DNA of 63,901 nt, the filler included, from an uncultured bacterium (GTDB taxonomy: Bacteria > CAZSTA01), in NCBI GenBank assembly GCA_964609495.1. It is 3 parts of 3 records of this genome, joined end to end, with 100 filler letters (N's around TTAATTAATTAA, not from the genome) between each part and the next. Parts side by side here need not be neighbours in the genome. Positions count along the whole stretch, not along the records: positions 1 to 23,517 come from CAZSTA010000035.1; 2 more parts are not named here. One strand, 5' to 3'. Shown here one piece after another: positions 8,669-19,685 of this stretch. Positions within the stretch are counted from its first letter, which is position 1, and every line of letters starts with the position of its first letter. Both the position numbers and the translations under genes were made by a program. The notes beneath the pieces were generated by a model, which was not told the origin of the DNA, ran no database searches, and was given only the letters and a program-made list of their open reading frames with translations.

Positions 8669-11326
8669 ATGGAAAGTATGAGCAGTAAAGAAGTGAGGGA
8701 GTTATTCCTGAAATTCTTTGAGAGCAAAGGACACAGAAGGTTACCAAGTGCCTCCCTAGTGCCAAATGATCCGACTTTGCTTCTGACTGGAGCGGGAATG
8801 AATCCCTTCAAGAGCTACTTCATCGGGGTGGAGAAGCTCCCAGCCAAACGCGTAGTAACCTGTCAGAAGTGCCTGCGGACTGATGATATAGAGAATGTAG
8901 GAAAGACCGCTACTCATCATACCTTTTTCGAGATGTTGGGTAACTTCTCCTTTGGAGATTACTTCAAGGAGGAAGCTATCACTTGGGGATGGGAGTTCTC
9001 GATAGACTATCTCAAGTTTCCAGAGGATAGAATCTGGATATCGATCTACGAGGATGATGATGAGGCTTTTGAGATATGGAATAAGAAAATAGGTGTGCCA
9101 GCGGAGAAGATCGTTCGCTTGGGCGAAGCGGAGAACTTCTGGCCAGCTAGTGCTCCTAGTAAAGGTCCTAATGGCCCCTGTGGCCCTTGTACCGAGATGT
9201 TCTTCGATATGGGAGAGGAATACGGATGTGGTTCGCCAGATTGTCAACCGGGGTGCGATTGTGAGCGATTCAAGGAGTATTGGAACTTGGTGTTTCAAGT
9301 GTTCGATAGGAAAGATGGGGGAGTATTAGATCCTCTTCCCTTTAAAAATATAGATACCGGTTTAGGATTCGAGAGAGTAGTTTCGATCTTGCAAGGAGGA
9401 AGAACGACCTTTGATACCGATCTATTCCTTCCGATAATACGATATATGAGCCAGTTGTGTAAAAGGAATTATGGAGAAAATCCGCGGGTAGATGCATCCT
9501 TGAAGATAATAGCGGATCATATTAGAGCGATCGCCTTCCTCATCGCCGATGGTGTGACTCCCTCCAATATTGGGAGAGGCTATGTTCTAAGGAGGATACT
9601 CAGGAGAGCGGCGCTTAGGGGAAGAGAATTAGGGATGAGAAAACCGTTTCTGGACAAACTAATCCCAGTGATAGTGAATATGATGGATGACGTCTATCCA
9701 GAGCTTAAAGAGAGGGAGGTCCACATCTGTCGATTGACGAACATCGAGGAGGACAATTTCCTTAGAAAATTGGATACTGGAATAGAAAGGCTAAACGAAC
9801 AAATGAAGATGCTCCGCAGACAAAGGAAAAAGGAGATACCCGGGGAGGTGGCTTTCACCCTCTACGATACCTATGGATTCCCGCTTGATATCACTAAGGA
9901 TATGGCAGAGGATGCGGGCTTCACTGTCGATATAGACGGATTCGAGCAGGAGATGGAGAAACAGAGGGAGAGAGCTAGACAGGCGAGTGAGAGCTTGACG
10001 GGGACTATCTTCTTCCATTCACCTCTTTATGGTGAGATCTTCAAGGCTGTGGGAGAGACGGAATTCCTTGGTTATGAACAACTATCTGCGGAGGGAAAGG
10101 TCAAGGCTATAGTTAAGGATGAAGAATTGGTCAATATAGCTAGAGAAGGAGATGAGGTAGAGATCGTCCTAGATCGGTCTCCCTTCTACGCTGAGGCTGG
10201 AGGGCAACAGGGCGATCGGGGTGAGTTCGTAAGCTCTAAGGCGAAGCTGAAGATCGAGGATACCTATAAGCCAGTGGAGGGATTGATAGTTCATCATGCT
10301 AAGGTAATAGAAGGAGAGATAGAAGTTGAGGATGAGGTCAGAGCCGAGGTCGATTCGGAGAGGAGGTTAGCCTTAGCTCAACATCATACCGCCACTCATT
10401 TACTCCACTCCGCTTTAAAGCAAGTTCTCGGTCCTCATGCGAATCAGTCTGGTTCTCTGGTTGCAGAAGATAGATTACGTTTCGACTTCACCCACTTTGC
10501 CGCCCTATCCGAGGCTGAGCTTCAAGAGGTGGAGCGAATAGCTAACGTCAAGGTGAGGCAGGATATCCCACTTACTAATTATCAATCAAACTATGATGAA
10601 GCTCGCTCTAAGGGAGTGATCGCTCTCTTCGGGGAGAAGTATGGCGATGTGGTGCGGGTGGTCGAGATCGGGGATTTCAGTCAAGAGCTATGTGGTGGGA
10701 CTCATCTTCGCTCTACTGGACAGATCGGACTTATCAAGATCATAAGTGAAGAGAGCATCGGAGCGGGAATAAGGAGGATCGAGGCTCTGGCGGGAGAGGC
10801 GGCTTATAACTATGTAGTGGAGAGGGATAACACCCTCCACAGGATAGAGGGGGAGATTCAAGCGATGCCTCAGGAGGTTGAAGCCCGCGTTGATAGATTG
10901 CTAGCGGAAAATAAAGAACAGTTGAAGCAGATAGAGACTTTAAAGTCCAAGCTCGTCACATCCGAAGTGGATGAGTTAATATCGAAAGCTATTGATATAA
11001 ATGGGATCAAGGCTGTAATCGCCAAAGTCGCCGATCAAGATGCTAAAGGATTAAGGGCGATGGCGGATAGGATAAGGAACAAGCTCAAATCTGGGGTGGC
11101 TATTCTAGCCTCCCCTACTAAAGATGGGCGAATCATCTATGTGGCGATGGTCACTAAGGATCTTACCGATAAAGGATTAAATGCTGGTTCGATCATAGGT
11201 CAAGTTGCTAGGATAGCGTCCGGGGGCGGAGGAGGAAGACCAGAGATGGCTCAAGCTGGTGGCAAGGATTTATCTAAACTAGATGAATCTCTTAAAGAAG
11301 CTGTAAATATAATAAGGATTATCTGA
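8669..11326 (+). CDS. alaS: Alanine--tRNA ligase
   Basis: HHTFFEMLGNFSFGDYFK, IDTGLGFER, editing HTATH and ELCGGTH, GGGGRPEMAQAGG; ATG 8669 after aggagg. Confidence 0.98.
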   Translation: MESMSSKEVRELFLKFFESKGHRRLPSASLVPNDPTLLLTGAGMNPFKSYFIGVEKLPAKRVVTCQKCLRTDDIENVGKTATHHTFFEMLGNFSFGDYFKEEAITWGWEFSIDYLKFPEDRIWISIYEDDDEAFEIWNKKIGVPAEKIVRLGEAENFWPASAPSKGPNGPCGPCTEMFFDMGEEYGCGSPDCQPGCDCERFKEYWNLVFQVFDRKDGGVLDPLPFKNIDTGLGFERVVSILQGGRTTFDTDLFLPIIRYMSQLCKRNYGENPRVDASLKIIADHIRAIAFLIADGVTPSNIGRGYVLRRILRRAALRGRELGMRKPFLDKLIPVIVNMMDDVYPELKEREVHICRLTNIEEDNFLRKLDTGIERLNEQMKMLRRQRKKEIPGEVAFTLYDTYGFPLDITKDMAEDAGFTVDIDGFEQEMEKQRERARQASESLTGTIFFHSPLYGEIFKAVGETEFLGYEQLSAEGKVKAIVKDEELVNIAREGDEVEIVLDRSPFYAEAGGQQGDRGEFVSSKAKLKIEDTYKPVEGLIVHHAKVIEGEIEVEDEVRAEVDSERRLALAQHHTATHLLHSALKQVLGPHANQSGSLVAEDRLRFDFTHFAALSEAELQEVERIANVKVRQDIPLTNYQSNYDEARSKGVIALFGEKYGDVVRVVEIGDFSQELCGGTHLRSTGQIGLIKIISEESIGAGIRRIEALAGEAAYNYVVERDNTLHRIEGEIQAMPQEVEARVDRLLAENKEQLKQIETLKSKLVTSEVDELISKAIDINGIKAVIAKVADQDAKGLRAMADRIRNKLKSGVAILASPTKDGRIIYVAMVTKDLTDKGLNAGSIIGQVARIASGGGGGRPEMAQAGGKDLSKLDESLKEAVNIIRII

Positions 11327-12931
11327 GTGATGGAGGAGTCAACATTCAAAGAGTCATCATCACTCCCTAGGAACTTAAAGGTAGCTCTTCTTAGACCAGA
11401 GACCTTTCTACTTATTATATGCACTTGGTGTGTAATATTTATGAGTATAAATATAGGCGATGTGATTGATGATGCCTATATTTCCTTCAGATATGCGAGG
11501 AATCTGGTGGAGGGCAAGGGGTTAATCTTCAACGTCGGCGAGATCGTGGAGGGTTACACTAATTTCCTGTGGGTTATCATCATATCGCTTTTTATTAAGC
11601 TGGGATTTGATCCTGGCTATATTTCCCAGGTCTTAGGGATAATTTTCAACGCCTGCACGATATTAATAACTTACAAGCTAGGGGAGCTAATAACCGGGGA
11701 AAGAAATCATTGGAATCTAATCTCGACTGCTCTCCTAGCTATCAACGTGCCCTTTATAGTATGGGCTATCGAGGGGATGGAGACCTCTCTCTTCACCTTC
11801 TTAGTCGTATTTAGCATCTATCTATACATCAGGGAAGATAAGAAGGATGGATACTCTTTTCCCTTTTCGGCTATCATTTGCGCTTTAGCTGCAATGACAC
11901 GCCCTGATGGGATTCTGGTATTCGTAACCCTCTTTATATATAAGATCTCGACTATCTTGACGAGAAAGGATAAGTTGAACAAGAGGGATATAATTTTTCC
12001 TCTTGTATTCATAATCGTTTATGGAACATACTTCCTATGGCGATATAGTTATTATGGCTATCTACTGCCCAACACTTTTTATGCCAAAGCCAGAAGAGGC
12101 TTCGATATAGAGATTTACAAGCAAGGATGGACTTATATATATAAATACTTCACCACGGGAAAGATATATAGGACTTCCCCGTGGGAGTGGAAATTGATCA
12201 TCTTATCTCTGGTTCTCGTCTTGAGAAGATGGAGAAAATACTATTCAATTATCATAGTCTTCATAGGGTTATATTCCCTTTTCATCATCTATGCAGGTGG
12301 CGATTGGATGGCCGATTTCAGGTTTCTAGTTCCTATAATACCCCTTATTTGCTTTGTGATTCAGGAAGGGATGCGGAATTTATCATCGCTCCTAAAGGAA
12401 CTTGAGAAAGTCAGGGAGGGGCTTCGATATTCCGCGATCTTAATACTGATAGCTCTCATTATATTCCCCAATCTTATGACTCTATATAGGTATCAGCGTT
12501 CCGAAGGATGGCAGAGATTACATCGAGCCCACTCATTGATCTATATGCCTTTGGTAAAATGGACCTCCGAGAATGTGAACGAGCATCAAGCGATATCTGT
12601 AAGCGATGTCGGATATATCGGATATTATACCGAAGCTGTAGTGATAGAGAGTACTTGGGGTTTGACCGACGAATATATAGCTCACTCAAATTTTCCCCGC
12701 ACTAATCTCGGCGTTCTTTTCGGAGATATAAACTACATTATCTTAAGAGCTCCGGAGTATGTATTTTGTAGGTTTTATAGGGATCGAAATAATGTCTTGA
12801 GAGGACCTTCACCTATGGATGAGACGATCCTGAATGGCGAGAATAGAGATATATTTTATCAACACTATCATCAACTCGAAGGGGTATCAGTAGGCAGTTA
12901 TATAATCTATAAGCGAAATGATCTTGATTAG
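11327..12931 (+). CDS. Polytopic GT-C fold glycosyltransferase
   Basis: DDAYISFRYARN, EGYTNFLW, GMETSL, TRPDG, PNTFYAK motifs; many TM helices. Confidence 0.8.
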   Translation: MMEESTFKESSSLPRNLKVALLRPETFLLIICTWCVIFMSINIGDVIDDAYISFRYARNLVEGKGLIFNVGEIVEGYTNFLWVIIISLFIKLGFDPGYISQVLGIIFNACTILITYKLGELITGERNHWNLISTALLAINVPFIVWAIEGMETSLFTFLVVFSIYLYIREDKKDGYSFPFSAIICALAAMTRPDGILVFVTLFIYKISTILTRKDKLNKRDIIFPLVFIIVYGTYFLWRYSYYGYLLPNTFYAKARRGFDIEIYKQGWTYIYKYFTTGKIYRTSPWEWKLIILSLVLVLRRWRKYYSIIIVFIGLYSLFIIYAGGDWMADFRFLVPIIPLICFVIQEGMRNLSSLLKELEKVREGLRYSAILILIALIIFPNLMTLYRYQRSEGWQRLHRAHSLIYMPLVKWTSENVNEHQAISVSDVGYIGYYTEAVVIESTWGLTDEYIAHSNFPRTNLGVLFGDINYIILRAPEYVFCRFYRDRNNVLRGPSPMDETILNGENRDIFYQHYHQLEGVSVGSYIIYKRNDLD

Positions 12932-12956
12932 CAGATGAATACAGTAGAGGCAGATA

Positions 12957-14585
12957 TCATTGATTTAATTTCTCTTCGATAAGATTTCTGAAATATTTCA
13001 GCTCTTTATTATCTGGATCAAGGCTCAATGCCTTCTCGAACACCTCTAAAGCCTCTTGGAATCTTCCTTCCTTCTCATAAGCTACTCCCAGATGTTTGTA
13101 GGCCTCTATATATACATTATGAGCTAAACCATTTTCCACTTCCTCCTCATTGGCAAGAACAGCCCTCTTCAAAGGTTCGATAGCTTTAGCATAATCTCCA
13201 GCCTGATAATACTTATAACCCTCATCGAAGTTCTCAACCGCCTCCTTGGTGTATTTCTTATACTTCTCTATCCGGGCTAGCATATATTGTGCTCCTCTAG
13301 TCATCTCTTGATCGGGAGGAGGATCGAATTGTAAAACTTTTTGTAATAACTTCTCCGCTTTATCAAATTCATCGAGTTCATAGTTCGATCTTGCTAACCA
13401 GTAGGGATATAATATTTTGCAGGGAACAAGTCTCTCTGCCTTTTCGAAGTCCTCTTTAGCTGATTCAAAGTTCCCCATCTCGTAATTATTGTATCCTCGC
13501 AAATAGAGGCTCTCTGCCTCTCTTATAGCTTGATCAGATGGAAGGGAAATATTTATTTCCTCTGCTTTCCCTTCAACGAGGGATACTGAACCTCTCCAAC
13601 TCCCACATCTCCCTTCCAAGCTTATATCATATTCTCCCACCAGCATGCCTTTTATCGATAAGGGGGTCTCACCTTTCAATTCCCCATCCAGATACACTTT
13701 CGCCCCTTCAGGATTGGACTTAATAACTATATCCCCAACTTTTCCCAAAGGGAGAATTAGGTTTATTGTTCGTTTGAAGGGGACTCCTATATTTTGGGCT
13801 GATGATATGAAATCGCCAGAAGATCCAGAATTGTCAGGGGGTAAGAGTTTCCACGAATCACTTGTAGCTAAATACCAAAAATCACCTATAATTAGCCACC
13901 AAGTCTTTTCCAATTTGCTTTTAGTCAGTCGAAGAGTATATTCACCTTGCTTTATATCATCTATATCGAGGGGAGTTTTCCCCTCAAACTTCTCGTTGAG
14001 ATATACCTCTGCTCCTGTTGGCTTAGATTCCACTCTTAAGAGTCTCTCAGTCTTTTCGGGAGAGGGAACTGAAGTGAGTTCTTCAGTCTCACCGCATATC
14101 TGCCATATCCTCCTCAAGGTGGTAGCTATCAGCTCTGGGATACCTCTCCTAATTTCGCATACCTTACCCCCTCTATCTATAACGAGCATATAAGGGACAG
14201 TTATAATATTCCCTTGATATGTATAAGCTAACACCCTCTCCTCATCAGTTATCGTGGGGAAATTAAGATTATCCTTAGCAAAGGTCTTCGCTCTGGAGAT
14301 ATTATCTCCGAAGTCCTCATTGACCGATATTACCTTTACTTGCTCTCTTTTTTCTTGATAGAATCTTTCTAACTCCTTCAGTTCCTCTTGACATTCCTCC
14401 ATATCTATTACCCAGAAATATAAGATGATTAGATCTCCCTCATAGGCAGAGATACTGATATTATTCCCTTCTATATCTTTTGCGCTGAAATCTGCCGCTT
14501 CGTCTCCCTTTTCTAAAGCTAGCACTGGTTTAAAGATAGTAAAGCAGATTATCATCAGAGCCAGAAAAATAACTTTTCTCAGCAT
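12957..14585 (-). CDS. Exported redoxin-like + PEGA + TPR multidomain protein
   Basis: Signal peptide; TlpA-like N-domain lacking the first Cys; two SxPxGAxVYLxG-type PEGA repeats; C-terminal TPRs. Confidence 0.8.
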   Translation of the reverse strand: MLRKVIFLALMIICFTIFKPVLALEKGDEAADFSAKDIEGNNISISAYEGDLIILYFWVIDMEECQEELKELERFYQEKREQVKVISVNEDFGDNISRAKTFAKDNLNFPTITDEERVLAYTYQGNIITVPYMLVIDRGGKVCEIRRGIPELIATTLRRIWQICGETEELTSVPSPEKTERLLRVESKPTGAEVYLNEKFEGKTPLDIDDIKQGEYTLRLTKSKLEKTWWLIIGDFWYLATSDSWKLLPPDNSGSSGDFISSAQNIGVPFKRTINLILPLGKVGDIVIKSNPEGAKVYLDGELKGETPLSIKGMLVGEYDISLEGRCGSWRGSVSLVEGKAEEINISLPSDQAIREAESLYLRGYNNYEMGNFESAKEDFEKAERLVPCKILYPYWLARSNYELDEFDKAEKLLQKVLQFDPPPDQEMTRGAQYMLARIEKYKKYTKEAVENFDEGYKYYQAGDYAKAIEPLKRAVLANEEEVENGLAHNVYIEAYKHLGVAYEKEGRFQEALEVFEKALSLDPDNKELKYFRNLIEEKLNQ

Positions 14586-14712
14586 ATCGATCTCCTCTTA
14601 CTCGATGAGGGGTTCTGAACCGCAATTCTTCTCATAAATTATACCTTAAATTACAGAACTCGTCAAGCTAAACTCAGGATGAAGATAAATATAGAATAAG
14701 ATGCTGAATTCA

Positions 14713-16212
14713 TTAGGGAACCGTTGTTACGAATTTATTCTTATCATAATGGCAGAGGAGTTGGATCAGCTTCCGTCCAGTAAGCATAACCGTTGGCACC
14801 CCACCGGGCGGCTGAACCCACTGACCAACCATATATAAATTTAACAGACCTGGTAAAGTTTTATCCATAACTCTGCTCATCACCTTCAAAGTCGGAAACC
14901 AACCCTCGTAGGCGCCTTTGTGGTTGAGAGTATAACGCCACGTAGTGTATGGAGTAGCTACATCTTTCATCTCTACCTGAAGCGAGATATCTGGATACCT
15001 CGCCTCCAATCTCCTTAACACCTCTCCCGCGATTCTCAATTTCTCCTGTTTATATTGAGCCTCATCCTCACGCTGTTTTGCCCACCAATCGAAGTCGGAT
15101 TCAAAGAATGCTTGAACGACCGTCTTCCCCGCCTCTGCTAATGTCGGATCGTAATTGAAGATGCGGACTCCCATCTTGCTGATCATCTCCTCGCCCACGG
15201 GGATAGGCTCTTTCAAGTAGATCATTTTAGAGTGAGCGGAATTCGGAAACTCACGATTGACCCCAAAGCTAACCATAACTAGCCCAGGGAGCATCTTCAG
15301 ATTTTGGTAACACTCCTCTATATCGCTATCTATATACTTGCCTCCCAACATCTCGAAGATAGTTGAGTATCCATCCGCCGCAGAGACCACTATATCCGAA
15401 TGATGTTCACTCCCATCTGCTAAGCGAATCCCCACCGCCTTGTCATCCTCGATGATAATCTCCTCGACTTTAGCTTTGTATTGAACCTCACCACCTAATT
15501 CCCGATATCGTTTTTCTACTGAGAGGGGGATTTGAAGTGAGCCGCCTTCGGGCAATCCGCATTGTCCCGAGGTGATTTGAGCGAGGGTGATAAAGAGAGG
15601 AAGAGCTGGCATTTCAGATGGGAATATTCCCAGCAACGCCTTGCGCAGCCATTGAGATTCAAACCTCTCGAGGTAATCCCCGACGGTGAGCTTCGCATAT
15701 TTTCGGATATATTTAAGCATTGATCTCATCTGCCACATCATTTTCACATTACCGAGCGGACCCATAAGCTGTTGGGGTTTTCCCAAGGGAGTGGAGAATC
15801 TCTCGCCAGCCCGGATTATCTTGATCATCTCCTCAATATTATTGCCGTCATCAGGCGAGATCTCCTTCATATCGCGCTCTAGCTTCTCCAGATCTTTGCC
15901 TATCTCAAGGATTTGACCAGTTGCCTCATCCTCGACTGTGATATAATGTTCTAACTCAAAAAAGCGGACCTCTCTTATAATCCCTAGCTCCTCATACATT
16001 CTAAAATAGGGGTGAGATGGTTTAGTCCCAACGAGCCAGCGAATCGCTCCATCGATGGTATATCCTCTCCTCTCCCAAGCGGTGCATACTCCTCCAGGGG
16101 AATGGTGATATTCGAATATCTTAGCTCGATAGCCATTCATCTGGGCATAAACGCCAGTAGCAAGTCCAGCTAAACCTGCTCCAATAATAATAATGGATTT
16201 ACCGCTTCCCAT
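14713..16212 (-). CDS. Phytoene desaturase-like FAD-dependent oxidoreductase
   Basis: IIGAGLAGL, PGGVC...GYTIDG, ATPYT, NLYMVGQWVQPPGGVP. Confidence 0.85.
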   Translation of the reverse strand: MGSGKSIIIIGAGLAGLATGVYAQMNGYRAKIFEYHHSPGGVCTAWERRGYTIDGAIRWLVGTKPSHPYFRMYEELGIIREVRFFELEHYITVEDEATGQILEIGKDLEKLERDMKEISPDDGNNIEEMIKIIRAGERFSTPLGKPQQLMGPLGNVKMMWQMRSMLKYIRKYAKLTVGDYLERFESQWLRKALLGIFPSEMPALPLFITLAQITSGQCGLPEGGSLQIPLSVEKRYRELGGEVQYKAKVEEIIIEDDKAVGIRLADGSEHHSDIVVSAADGYSTIFEMLGGKYIDSDIEECYQNLKMLPGLVMVSFGVNREFPNSAHSKMIYLKEPIPVGEEMISKMGVRIFNYDPTLAEAGKTVVQAFFESDFDWWAKQREDEAQYKQEKLRIAGEVLRRLEARYPDISLQVEMKDVATPYTTWRYTLNHKGAYEGWFPTLKVMSRVMDKTLPGLLNLYMVGQWVQPPGGVPTVMLTGRKLIQLLCHYDKNKFVTTVP

Positions 16213-16449
16213 CTTATCTTCTCCCCTCCCTAGCTATCTCTTTATAGACAAGGAGATATTGAAACTTTTTCGAAACTACTTAATTATAGCCAATAAAGCT
16301 TGAGGAGTCAAGATAAGTCTGGAGGTTCTTCAAATTTTCATATTCTACGATACAAAAGAATCTTGACAGTAGGTTTAAAATATGATACGATCAATTGGAT
16401 GATTATCTCTTAATAAGCTGTAATTTAGATATGGGAGGTTTTTCTATAT

Positions 16450-18174
16450 ATGCGTCATAAAGAGGATCTAAGACGAAAACTACTTGCTATAGACGGAAGG
16501 GGATATAAGGCTTATAAGGATATAAGAGGGGAATACGATTTCGCTGATTTTCAGTTATTTATAGATCACGTGCAGGGAGACCCCTTTGCCTCTCCCTCTA
16601 TGCTTCGCGCTAGAGTCCCTCAAAAGCTCGCTAACTTTCCTTCGACGCTATTTTCTAATAAGGATAGGAGAATCGCTTGCGAGGATTACCTAATCAGAAC
16701 TTTCGATAAAGCTATCCGCAGGGTAGTAGAGGGGAGAAGAGGATCGGGTAAGAGTGGGCTGATCGCGATAGATCGAGGCGGACAGGAGGTATTGGAGAGA
16801 ACCGCTATGGTAGTTGATAAGGAGATGGTAGAGGCTCGTTTTGTAATGGGACTTCCGGCCGCGGGAAGAAGAGTTTTGGGTAGGCAGGCGATAGATATGT
16901 TCTTCTCGGAACTTCCCCAGATAGTAAAAGAGTCTCTGTTCTATAGAACTTTAGACTCCAGAGATTTAGAAAATTATGTAAACATAGTTGAGGATCAAGC
17001 CTACCTACGTCGTCAACTTCCCAAGAATAAGCTAGTAGCGTTTATAGCTAACAACTCCGTTCTGCCAAGGAGAAGTGGAGTTGATGATCGTCCTCTTCCT
17101 CGCCCTCAAGCGATACCTTTCGTATCTCCACCTGAGCTAGAGGTCACCTTTGAGTTGCCCAATCGAGGCTCGATCTCGGGGATGGGAATCCCTGAGGGGG
17201 TTACTTTGATCGTAGGAGGAGGATATCACGGCAAATCGACTTTGCTCAAGGCTATCGAACGAGGGGTATATAATCACCTACCAGGGGATGGGAGAGAGTT
17301 CGCGGTTGCTATTCCCGAGGCGGTTAAGATCAGAGCTGAGGATGGAAGAAGGGTTGAGAAGGTCAATATAAGTCCCTTTATCCAGAATTTGCCCTATGGC
17401 GAGGATACTTCTCGTTTCTCAACCGATAACGCTAGTGGAAGCACCTCCCAGGCTTCCAATATAATAGAAGCCTTGGAGGTAGGAGCTAAATTGTTGTTGA
17501 TCGATGAGGATACTTCGGCGACCAATTTTATGATCAGGGATGTCCGAATGCAGAAGTTAGTAGCTAGGGATAAGGAGCCGATCACTCCTTTTATCGATAA
17601 GGTAAAGCTTCTCTACAGAGATCTAGGGGTATCGAGCATCATCATCTTAGGAGGCTCTGGGGATTACTTCGATGTAGCTGATACTATACTGATGATGAAC
17701 GAGTATGAACCTTATGAGGTCACCGATAAAGCCAGGGAGATCGCAGAGGAGTATCAAACACATCGGCAGGCAGAAGGAGGAGCTAATTTCGGGGAGGTGA
17801 CTCCTCGCATCCCTATTCCAAATAGTCTTAATCCCAGCAGGGGAAGAAGGGATAAGGTGCAGGCGAAGGGACTCAATACGATCCTCTTTGGGCGAGATGC
17901 TATAGATCTTCAATATGTGCCACAGATAGTCGATTATAGTCAGACTAGAGCTATAGGAAGTGCCATATATTACGCCTTAGATAGATATATAGATGGACAT
18001 AAGGTCCTAAAACAGATAGTTACTGAGATTATGAGTGATATAGAGACAAGGGGATTGGATATCCTATCTCCCTTCAAAGGACAGCATCCGGGAGATTATG
18101 CTAAACCTCGCCCCTTTGAGATCGCCACCGCGATAAATAGACTTAGGACTTTGAGGGTTAAGCAGAAATTATAG
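16450..18174 (+). CDS. Predicted ABC-class ATPase domain protein
   Basis: GGGYHGKST Walker A, LLIDEDTSATNF, VQGDPFASPS; promoter TTGACA-17-TACGAT upstream. Confidence 0.88.
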   Translation: MRHKEDLRRKLLAIDGRGYKAYKDIRGEYDFADFQLFIDHVQGDPFASPSMLRARVPQKLANFPSTLFSNKDRRIACEDYLIRTFDKAIRRVVEGRRGSGKSGLIAIDRGGQEVLERTAMVVDKEMVEARFVMGLPAAGRRVLGRQAIDMFFSELPQIVKESLFYRTLDSRDLENYVNIVEDQAYLRRQLPKNKLVAFIANNSVLPRRSGVDDRPLPRPQAIPFVSPPELEVTFELPNRGSISGMGIPEGVTLIVGGGYHGKSTLLKAIERGVYNHLPGDGREFAVAIPEAVKIRAEDGRRVEKVNISPFIQNLPYGEDTSRFSTDNASGSTSQASNIIEALEVGAKLLLIDEDTSATNFMIRDVRMQKLVARDKEPITPFIDKVKLLYRDLGVSSIIILGGSGDYFDVADTILMMNEYEPYEVTDKAREIAEEYQTHRQAEGGANFGEVTPRIPIPNSLNPSRGRRDKVQAKGLNTILFGRDAIDLQYVPQIVDYSQTRAIGSAIYYALDRYIDGHKVLKQIVTEIMSDIETRGLDILSPFKGQHPGDYAKPRPFEIATAINRLRTLRVKQKL

Positions 18175-18233
18175 GAAGTAGAAGATGAGGAAATCTGTTA
18201 AGATTCCTCTCTTTTTCCAGAGGATTTTATGTA

Positions 18234-18273
18234 AAGGTCGAATAAGTTTATGTAAACTTTTAATAGATCTAAG
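18234..18273 (+). repeat. dif-like site 1 (XerC-like arm, 2-bp centre, XerD arm) within a 40-bp direct repeat
   Basis: aggtcgaataa-gt-ttatgtaaact; arms 9/11 and 10/11 identical to the site at 21589-21616; repeated at 20714-20762. Confidence 0.75.
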
Positions 18274-18310
18274 TCTGATCGGAAAACATATTCCCTGTTC
18301 CTCATCTGTT

Positions 18311-19582
18311 CTAATTTGCTTTATCTGGAGCGGAACGACGAGCGAGTTCCCCCCGCGGCACCTGGAAGTAAGCCCAGAAGAGCAGTGCCCCACCTGCTGT
18401 CAAACCTGCACCTGTCAAGAAGAGGCTACGGTAACCCAGAGCTGTGATCATATAGCCACCCCCGAAAGCCATTGTTGACCAGCTCAGTCCCAATGCCATA
18501 TTGGCAGCGCCAGATATAACCGTCCGCCAGCCCGGAGATACGCTCTCCTGCTGGTAGACAGTGAAAGCCGCGCCTGTGATTGAAGCCAGGGCGAAGATGC
18601 CTATGAAACTGAGACCCGCGGCTTCCCAGTGAGGGATGAGCGCCAGTGGCAGCATGCTGAGAGCCATACCTATCGTCCCCAAAACGACAGTGCGACTCTT
18701 GCCCCAGCGCGCCATCAGGAGAGGTGCGGTTAGGGCTGCCAGCCCAGCCAGCAGTTGGCTAGAGGCCATCAGCGTGCCGATAAGGGATGTGGACACGTGC
18801 AGGCTAGCGTCTAGGTAGACGTTAAAGAAGGTTCGAGTGGCTCCCTCTCCTGCCACCCGGAGCAGCATAACCAATGACATAATAGCAATCAGACCAAAAG
18901 GGGCCCGCCGGCCTATCTCCTCAGCCACAGTTCCCTGTGCCTGTCCAGCACTACCCTCACGCGTGGCTAGCATTGCCAGCACAGCGGGGATGAGCAGCAC
19001 ACCAGTAATCAACAGTGGGTAGCGGTAGGGCGCCGGCTGGTCCAGAGAGACGTCTAGGGTCGTGGCAAAGAGTCTTGGTAGCAGACCACCAACCAGGTTG
19101 CCGGCAAATCCGCCCAGGGGCATAAGCGCCATCTGCACCGAAAAGGCATAATTGCGCTCCTCCAAGCCGGTCGCGCCCATCAAGAACGGGAAGCCGTTGA
19201 CCATGTACAAAGCTGCGCCAAGCCCGCTGAGCGAATAGGTAGTCAACAGCCATACCGATCGCAGTGCAATCGGTATGAACTCGACCAGGGGGGGTAACCC
19301 ATAACCCGCCACCATCAGGCTCAGACCCACGATCATTATGCGACGGCTACCCCAGCGTCGGCCTAGCGCACCAGCAGGTAGGCCAAAGACAGCAAGAGCA
19401 AGTAGAGCAGCCGCGTTGACCAAGCCGATGAATTCTGGACCGTAGCCCAGTCTCAGCAGGTAGAGATTGAACAGCACGACATAGATGCCAAAGTAGCAGA
19501 ACCCATTCAGCGCCGCGGTAATCAGAAGCAAGCGCACGTCACGGCTGAACAGACGCAGAGCGCGCAGATAGGTAGTAATCAT
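18311..19582 (-). CDS. MFS transporter (GC-rich, apparently foreign)
   Basis: 12-TM pattern, GALGRRWGSRR motif A; sampled lines 50-67% GC. Confidence 0.9.
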   Translation of the reverse strand: MITTYLRALRLFSRDVRLLLITAALNGFCYFGIYVVLFNLYLLRLGYGPEFIGLVNAAALLALAVFGLPAGALGRRWGSRRIMIVGLSLMVAGYGLPPLVEFIPIALRSVWLLTTYSLSGLGAALYMVNGFPFLMGATGLEERNYAFSVQMALMPLGGFAGNLVGGLLPRLFATTLDVSLDQPAPYRYPLLITGVLLIPAVLAMLATREGSAGQAQGTVAEEIGRRAPFGLIAIMSLVMLLRVAGEGATRTFFNVYLDASLHVSTSLIGTLMASSQLLAGLAALTAPLLMARWGKSRTVVLGTIGMALSMLPLALIPHWEAAGLSFIGIFALASITGAAFTVYQQESVSPGWRTVISGAANMALGLSWSTMAFGGGYMITALGYRSLFLTGAGLTAGGALLFWAYFQVPRGELARRSAPDKAN

Positions 19583-19685
19583 CTCAGAACCTCCTTTTTA
19601 GAGTAGATTGTCGGAGATTAAATTATACACCTTTGGAATCTACTGAAAATGATATATCTGCTAAGCACGATGAAGTCAAGAGAAT

